Shown here: one piece after another, positions 58,477 through 64,000 of the stretch
Layout of the letters: each line of letters starts with the position of its first letter
How positions within the stretch are numbered: the first letter of the stretch is position 1
Assembly: GCA_963422295.1 (NCBI GenBank)
Contig: OY729417.1
Coordinates: 2,049,210 to 2,113,209, forward strand
DNA: 64,000 bases
DNA from: Dehalococcoidia bacterium
GTDB taxonomy: Bacteria > Chloroflexota > Dehalococcoidia > Lucifugimonadales > UBA1123
Direction of reading: 5' to 3'
Made by a program: the position numbers and the translations under genes
The notes under the pieces: generated by a model
What the model saw: the letters and a program-made list of their open reading frames with translations, nothing else
Told to the model about the DNA's origin: nothing
Database searches by the model: none

Positions 58477-58676
58477 AATCCGCTCCTGCTGCTGTTCGAG
58501 CCTGCATCCGACTTTATGCTTCAGTTTATCACGCTCTATAGGTGTATGGCACACGGCGAGGTAGGCTACAACGCGAGTAGGATAACTGCGGACAGAAGTC
58601 GGCCTGCCAGCGATGAACACGCCGGCAGGCCGACTCGATATGTGTTTGGCTCAGGGGGGAGAACTAACTGTGGATT

Positions 58677-59045
58677 CTAATGCTGTGTGCCTTCTTCGCT
58701 CTGTACGAGTCCGACGACCGCGCCTGTCGGTTCCTCGAAAACCGCCATGGTTACTGCGTCTGGGATGACTGTTACCGGTACGAGCACCTTGCCGCCGGCT
58801 TCCACGACCTTGTCTAGGTATCCCTGAATGTCGTCCACTTCTATGTAGAAGCTGGCATAGCTCTGGCCATCTGGGGAATCCCCGATACCGCCGTTGATGC
58901 CCTTTCCTTCGGTGTGCGTATCTACGATGCTGTAGCCTATCTGTGGAATTGTTTCTATGTGCCACCCGAATACATTGGTGAAGAACTCTATGCTCTTCGC
59001 TGAATCAGAAGACTGTATTTCGAAGTGAATTACTGGGTTTGGCAT
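58677..59045 (-). CDS. VOC/glyoxalase-family protein
   Basis: VIHFEIQSSD...FFTNVFGW and a 122-aa size. AGGAG lies before ATG 59045. Confidence 0.7.
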   Translation of the reverse strand: MPNPVIHFEIQSSDSAKSIEFFTNVFGWHIETIPQIGYSIVDTHTEGKGINGGIGDSPDGQSYASFYIEVDDIQGYLDKVVEAGGKVLVPVTVIPDAVTMAVFEEPTGAVVGLVQSEEGTQH

Positions 59046-59214
59046 TTGTGCTTCTCCTGTACTGTCGAACTGGTTTGGAGGATGATAAGCGATGTGTTTT
59101 CGCCCTGTTGCCGATATTGTAACACATATGTTCCCATGATTCGCAGTATGATGTATGATGTTTTCAGCGCTTGCCAGAAGTCTGGCACAGGAAATCGTTA
59201 TCGGTGGTATTCGG

Positions 59215-60288
59215 ATGAGGCATATCATTCATGCGGATTTCGATGCGTTCTATGCATCGGTCGAACAGCTGGACGATCCCACCCTTCGAGGCCGTCCAGT
59301 TGCCGTTGGGGGGAGTCCTGAGGGTAGGGGAGTCGTAGCGTCGGCGTCGTATGAGGCTCGCCGATTCGGTGTTCGTTCTGCTATGCCAATGCGGACGGCG
59401 TTCCAGCTTTGTACGGATCTGACGCGCGTGTCTCCGCGCTTCTCGCGCTATCGAAATGTCTCACGCCGGGTTATGGAGATGTTCGAGGAGATAACGCCGC
59501 TGGTGGAGCCTCTGTCGCTGGACGAAGCGTATCTCGATGTAACTGCCGCCGCGATTCGTGATCTGAGCCCGGCGGATATTGGCCTGATGCTGAAGCGGCG
59601 TGTTAGGAAGGAATTGGGGCTAACCATATCTGTGGGTGTGGCGGCGAGTAAGTCTGTGGCGAAGATTGCGTCGGATTTCGAGAAGCCCGATGGTTTTACG
59701 GTGGTCGAACCCGGAACGGAGCGAGAGTTCCTCGCGCCGCTGCCAGTGGGTGTTCTACCCGGTGTAGGCCCGAAGACTCAGCAGCGTCTGCGCGCGGATG
59801 GAATAGCCACTGTCGAACAGCTTGCGGCGAAGACGGAGGATTGGCTCATAGGGCGGTTCGGACGCGTCGGCGCATTCATAAGAAGCCTTGCGCTCGGACA
59901 GGATGACCGTCCCGTGGAGCCGCACAGAGATACGAAGTCTGTCAGCTCGGAGACGACGCTGCTGCACGATACGGGCGATCCAGACGCGCTTCAGGAGCTC
60001 GTCAGCCGGCTGAGTATGGATGTTTCCCGATCGCTGCGGCGGCGAGAGCTGTGGGGGCGAACAGTGAAGCTGAAGTTGCGGCTGTCCGATTTCAGCACTT
60101 TTACTCGGCAGATTACGCTGGCGCAGCCGGTGCAGTCTGCCGATGAGATAGCTGCTGCCGCTGGCGAGCTAATTCTTGCGGAGATCGGCCCGCGCCGGAT
60201 GTTCAGGCTGGTTGGCGTGGGCGTCTCCGGGTTCGGCGCGCCGCAGGAGCTATCGCCAGCAGTCCAGACTAGGTTGCCCGGGATGTGA
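59215..60288 (+). CDS. dinB: DNA polymerase IV
   Basis: IIHADFDAFYASVE, SLDEAYLDVT and LPGVGPKT motifs. Confidence 0.9.
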   Translation: MRHIIHADFDAFYASVEQLDDPTLRGRPVAVGGSPEGRGVVASASYEARRFGVRSAMPMRTAFQLCTDLTRVSPRFSRYRNVSRRVMEMFEEITPLVEPLSLDEAYLDVTAAAIRDLSPADIGLMLKRRVRKELGLTISVGVAASKSVAKIASDFEKPDGFTVVEPGTEREFLAPLPVGVLPGVGPKTQQRLRADGIATVEQLAAKTEDWLIGRFGRVGAFIRSLALGQDDRPVEPHRDTKSVSSETTLLHDTGDPDALQELVSRLSMDVSRSLRRRELWGRTVKLKLRLSDFSTFTRQITLAQPVQSADEIAAAAGELILAEIGPRRMFRLVGVGVSGFGAPQELSPAVQTRLPGM

Positions 60289-60377
60289 CGGCGGCAGACG
60301 GCGCAAGTTATGTATATAGATTTCGCGGCTGATTTTCCGATGCGCTGTCTCTAATTTATGTTTTCTAAATCTCGCGT

Positions 60378-61511
60378 TTAGTTGCCTAGCAGCGTATCCC
60401 GCAGGCGTCGGATGACGATTTCCAGTTCACGGTCGTCCAAATTGAATGGATCGACTGCGAGTTCGTCTGGGTTGTGTATATCGTGTAGGTATATGGGAGA
60501 GTCTCCCGCTCTCATTGCGGCGTTCACCTCGTCGCGGGAGGGGCCGCGCCAGTCGCGCGTGAAGCGTATGACTGCGAGAGGTGTGAGGTAATCCCACTCG
60601 TTATGCTCGACGCTTATCTCCAGCCCCGGAATTTCGATCAGCGCGTCCACCACCTGCTGACACATTTCGGCGAACCGCGCGTTCTCTGCCTCTTCGTCCT
60701 CATCTGCGAATATGCGGAGAGCCTCGATCAGGCCGATGATCTCTTCTTTGGCGACCTTCATGCCCCGTCCGATGAACTGGTGAGGGCTGGCGTTGGCATA
60801 TGCGGCTTCGATGAGGTCTGCGCGGCCGGCCAGGATACCGGTTCCCTGTGGCCCGCGAACGGCTTTTCCGCCGGAGAATTGCACCATATCTGCGCCCGCA
60901 TCTATGAATCGGGTTAGGTTGGCGCGCGGCGGTAGATGGGATGCGGCATCCACAATCACCGGAACTCCATGCGCGTGAGCCATCTCGACCACCTGCTCCA
61001 GTGGCAGAGCGCGGCGGGATAGGAATCCTGAGAACAGATATGCGATGGCGGCGGTATTTTCGTTTATGGCAGCCTCCAGTTCCCATGCATGGCATCGCCG
61101 TCCGTCGCCTATGTTTACGATTGTGGCTCCGGTGGCTATGTAGCACTGGTCATATGGGAATCTGTGGCTGGTGTGCATGATGATTTCGTTTTTGAGGCCA
61201 TCTGAATTGGGAAGCTGCGCCATTCGCGCAGGGTCTTTCCCTGCCATGACGGCCGCAGCCTGAAGTATCAGGCCGCCTGCCGACCCCGAGGTTACCAGAC
61301 CTGCCTCAGCGCCGGTTATGTCCGCGATTACCTTTCCGGCCGCGGCGTTGAGATCGTCCATATTGACCATCGTGCGAGAAGCCTTCTCCATAGCGTCTAA
61401 GACTTCCGTCCTCAGCTTGCTGCCGCCGTACGCGGTGGTCGATCCCGATGCCACGATTGCGGGGCTGACCCCAAGTCTGCGATATATGTCGGCTCCGCTG
61501 TCGAAGACCAT
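60378..61511 (-). CDS. SelA-like / DgaE-like PLP-dependent enzyme
   Basis: FSGGKAVRGPQGTGIL lysine motif and an overall SelA-fold pattern. At 377 aa it is shorter than a true selenocysteine synthase. Confidence 0.6.
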   Translation of the reverse strand: MVFDSGADIYRRLGVSPAIVASGSTTAYGGSKLRTEVLDAMEKASRTMVNMDDLNAAAGKVIADITGAEAGLVTSGSAGGLILQAAAVMAGKDPARMAQLPNSDGLKNEIIMHTSHRFPYDQCYIATGATIVNIGDGRRCHAWELEAAINENTAAIAYLFSGFLSRRALPLEQVVEMAHAHGVPVIVDAASHLPPRANLTRFIDAGADMVQFSGGKAVRGPQGTGILAGRADLIEAAYANASPHQFIGRGMKVAKEEIIGLIEALRIFADEDEEAENARFAEMCQQVVDALIEIPGLEISVEHNEWDYLTPLAVIRFTRDWRGPSRDEVNAAMRAGDSPIYLHDIHNPDELAVDPFNLDDRELEIVIRRLRDTLLGN

Positions 61512-61641
61512 CGGTTGACGCTCCTTCTGGCTTGGGGTTTGTGTCTGTGATGAGCCGATTATAGCCTAAGTTTAGGTGGTGTGGGCGGGGAATGCGTATT
61601 CCTGCTATCCAAATATTCCTGAGACAGTTAATCGATTGCGG

Positions 61642-62442
61642 CTATTTCGTCAGCCGTTTTCTCAGGAAGTAGGATGCCGCAAATAGGGGCAGGATCGCGA
61701 ATGCGACGAGCTCGGCAATCCAAGCCAGCATCCATATCGTGATATCCCCGGTAGTGAGGGCGCGTACTAGGTGAGTGGCCGGCGTCAGCGGCAGTATCCA
61801 TGCGAGCTTTTGGATGGTGTCAGGCAGCCGTTCCATGGGGAAGAAAGTTCCGCTGAAGTAGAACATAGGCAGCAGGAATATCGTAAAGAAGTTGTTCATC
61901 GCGCCGATGGTGGTGGCTGTCGATGTGAGCGTCATTGCCATGGATGCGAATACGAGCCCGATGAGGTATGCGACGGGTATGGCCAGCAGCGCGAGCGGGG
62001 ATTGTATCAGCCCGAACATCGTGGCGGCTATCAGGACGGCGGTTGCGGATATGACGGCGCGCGTCGCGCCCCACATTACTTCACCCACGACTATGTCCTC
62101 CGGTTCTACCGGCGTGAATAACATCGCTTCATATATATGATGGCTCTCCATTCGCAGGTATGCGCCGTAAGTGGCGTCGAAGGTGGCGTGGAACATGGCA
62201 TAGGAAGCGATGATGCCGGGCGCGATGAACTCCGCGTAGGTTAGATCTCCGATGTCTCCAACATAGGAGCCTAATCCGAATCCCATTGCCAACAGCAGGA
62301 CGAATGGTTCGATGAACAGTCCGCCAATTTCGACCTTCCACGCGCGCTTGGTAGCGTCGAGGTTGCGTTGCCAAAGCTTGACGCCGCCCCATACAGGGGT
62401 GCGTCGAAACGCGGCGCGGGTGGAGGTAAACGCTGCTGCCAT
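61642..62442 (-). CDS. ABC-2 type transporter permease
   Basis: Six-TM profile. It lies immediately downstream of the ATPase gene with a 1-nt gap. Confidence 0.75.
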   Translation of the reverse strand: MAAAFTSTRAAFRRTPVWGGVKLWQRNLDATKRAWKVEIGGLFIEPFVLLLAMGFGLGSYVGDIGDLTYAEFIAPGIIASYAMFHATFDATYGAYLRMESHHIYEAMLFTPVEPEDIVVGEVMWGATRAVISATAVLIAATMFGLIQSPLALLAIPVAYLIGLVFASMAMTLTSTATTIGAMNNFFTIFLLPMFYFSGTFFPMERLPDTIQKLAWILPLTPATHLVRALTTGDITIWMLAWIAELVAFAILPLFAASYFLRKRLTK

Positions 62443-62443
62443 C

Positions 62444-63391
62444 TTATTCCTCTCGCAGACCGCGCCCGGTTAGGCTGAGGAACACATCTTCCAGATTGGC
62501 GGGGCGTCGAGTTATATAGTGTCCGCTCAGGTCGAAGCTGGTGGCGGAATCTGCGTCTTCGTTCGGGTATATCAGTACGCAGTCGGCGCGGTCTTCGATG
62601 CGACCATTGACACTAGATTCGGACAGCCGACGCATTAGCTCTTCTTTATCCGAGTGTCGGACATGGATTTCGATGACCTCTTCACCTACGATGTTTCGTA
62701 TCAGCTGCTCTGGAGAGCCGCTGGCGAGTATTTCGCCATGGTCCATCACCACGAGACGGTCGCAGAGGTATGCCGCTTCGTCCATGTAGTGAGTCGTTAG
62801 CAGCATCGTGATGCCTTCTGATTTGAGCAGGCTGAGCTTGTCCCAGACCATGAGCCGCGCTTGCGGGTCGAGTCCGGTGGTCGGTTCGTCCAGTACTAGG
62901 ATGCTGGGGTTGTTTATCAGCGCCCTTGCTATCATTAGCCGTCTTCTCATGCCTCCGGAGAGTTCGTCGGGGCTACTGATAGTCTTATCCTTCAGCTGAA
63001 ACAGTGCTAGACTGTCGATGGCGCGTTGGCGAGCTTCCTTCGAGGGTAGGTCGAAATATCTGCCAAATGCCAACAGATTTTGGATTACATTTAGATCGGG
63101 ATCTAGGCTGTCCGCCTGAGACACTACGCCTAATACGCCTTTGATGTCGCGGGGCTGTCTGCGTACATCCATATCCCAGACTCTCAGACTGCCACCGGAA
63201 ACGGGGGAGACGCAGGTGATCATCTTCATCGTGGATGTTTTTCCTGCGCCGTTTGGGCCGAGAAAGCCGAAGCACTCGCCACGAATGACCTCGAAATCGA
63301 CGCCGTTGACTGCTGTCAGCCCGCCGTACTGCTTGATCAGTCCCTCTGCATGTACGGCCCTTGTATCATGTATGGCCCTTGTATCTTTCAT
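62444..63391 (-). CDS. ABC transporter ATP-binding protein (DrrA/ABC-2 exporter type)
   Basis: Walker A GPNGAGKTST, signature LSGGMRRRL and Walker B LVLDEPTTGLD. Confidence 0.9.
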   Translation of the reverse strand: MKDTRAIHDTRAVHAEGLIKQYGGLTAVNGVDFEVIRGECFGFLGPNGAGKTSTMKMITCVSPVSGGSLRVWDMDVRRQPRDIKGVLGVVSQADSLDPDLNVIQNLLAFGRYFDLPSKEARQRAIDSLALFQLKDKTISSPDELSGGMRRRLMIARALINNPSILVLDEPTTGLDPQARLMVWDKLSLLKSEGITMLLTTHYMDEAAYLCDRLVVMDHGEILASGSPEQLIRNIVGEEVIEIHVRHSDKEELMRRLSESSVNGRIEDRADCVLIYPNEDADSATSFDLSGHYITRRPANLEDVFLSLTGRGLREE

Positions 63392-63583
63392 AAAGAGAGG
63401 TTAGACAACATGGCTTGGGATATTCAAGTCAGTGTTATATATGAGGATTCGGCAGAAGTCAGGAGGCTGCGCAACGACGAGTCGTTATATGCCGTGGGCG
63501 GCACGAATCCGTGCGCTGGCAGCTCTGGTTCGTCTTGCATAAACAAACCTTGCTACCCGACTTCGTTACTTGACTTCTGGCGA

Positions 63584-64000
63584 CTAAAATACTGCTATGG
63601 GGTTGACGGGAGAGCCGGTGCCTCCGATGACATTCAGTGGGTTTATTGTGAGCATAAACTCGTATCGTCCTTCTTCTGCGCAGACTTCTGCGAGCGGCTG
63701 CAGCAGAGAGTTATCCAGCAGCGCGACGCCGTATGCGAATATGACACCGTGCACTGACCAAGGTATGTCGTATTCGTTGGGGGATGCGTCCATCATGTCC
63801 CATCCGAGAATAGAGAGGTCGTTGTCGCGGACGAATGGCAGACAGGATGCGTGCAGTCCCGGGCGTTCCGCTTCGCCTGCCCAGTTGCCGTTGTTGCGCG
63901 CGGCATATGCCTCGCGCCCGCTGTACACCATCACCGCGTCGCCGGGGTGAATCTCGACGCCCTGCGCGGCGGCGATGTCCTCCAGCTCCCAGCCGTGTAC
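63584..64000 (-). CDS. cyclase-family (kynurenine-formamidase-like) protein, C-terminal part (5' end outside window)
   Basis: The ORF stays open to the window edge (…GWELEDIAAAQGVEIHPGDAVMVYSGRE…). The tail GGTGSPVNPIAVF is typical of putative cyclases. Confidence 0.5.
   Translation of the reverse strand, partial: VHGWELEDIAAAQGVEIHPGDAVMVYSGREAYAARNNGNWAGEAERPGLHASCLPFVRDNDLSILGWDMMDASPNEYDIPWSVHGVIFAYGVALLDNSLLQPLAEVCAEEGRYEFMLTINPLNVIGGTGSPVNPIAVF

Noticed and set aside
63351-63386. An 18-bp direct repeat (TGTA(C/T)GGCCCTTGTATC x2) giving a DTRAIH/DTRAVH duplication at the N-terminus of the ABC ATPase.
   Set aside because: It is real in the sequence but is a small in-frame duplication in a non-conserved N-terminal extension. 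The true start could also lie downstream. There is no evident functional implication.
63350-63757. A plus-strand ORF with an internal ATG at 63410 preceded by GAGAGG. It encodes a Gly/Ser/Cys-rich peptide with a ...YAVGG motif that looks superficially like a double-glycine RiPP precursor, divergent from the ABC exporter genes.
   Set aside because: The frame has no stop before 63757, so it would overlap the convergent cyclase gene by about 170 nt. No modification enzyme or C39 peptidase domain is nearby, and the ABC ATPase is an ABC-2/DrrA type, not a bacteriocin exporter. This is most likely a chance ORF in the promoter region.
1-64000. A search for mobile-element hallmarks (transposase, integrase or recombinase genes, terminal inverted repeats, tRNA-adjacent islands) that could explain the two tandem duplications and the lower-GC gene.
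   Set aside because: None were recognised. The tRNA-Thr is flanked by ordinary genes with no integrase. The duplications carry flanking-gene remnants, which indicates local replication or recombination events, not transposition.

Overview
The window is a gene-dense bacterial chromosomal segment with about 60 CDS and one tRNA. GC looks mid-50s percent by eye. No rRNA, CRISPR array, transposase, integrase or prophage genes were recognised.

The backbone is housekeeping: a dgt-dnaG-rpoD block, rpsA, clpC-radA-larC, tRNA-Thr, dinB, and a complete phosphate regulon (phoB-phoR-uppP, then pstSCAB-phoU, with phased Pho-box-like repeats). Between these sit many catabolic and oxidoreductase genes: DUF885, an LLM/F420-type oxidoreductase, CoA-transferase, PTER, a GMC oxidoreductase, sulfopyruvate-decarboxylase-like ComDE, hydantoinase A and GGT. 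This content is reminiscent of Chloroflexota-like marine heterotrophs, but that is a low-confidence inference.

The stretches most worth a second look are:
1. A tandemly duplicated RelE/ParE-type toxin-antitoxin module. Its flanks are near-identical, but a length-matched 156-bp cassette covering the toxin N-terminus and antitoxin C-terminus is replaced. Both toxin copies also carry the canonical C-terminus in the +1 frame.
2. An operon of three divergent AIM24/DUF124 paralogs.
3. A signal-peptide-less DUF1800-NHL-DUF1501 operon that ends in five tandem 26-bp palindrome units and a strong terminator.
4. A lower-GC PH-PH-SHOCT gene next to an ADP-ribosylglycohydrolase.
5. A 539-bp tandem duplication of a PaREP1/HEPN-like gene that is translationally coupled to a bicupin.

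All functional calls rest on motif recognition by eye. No database searches were run.
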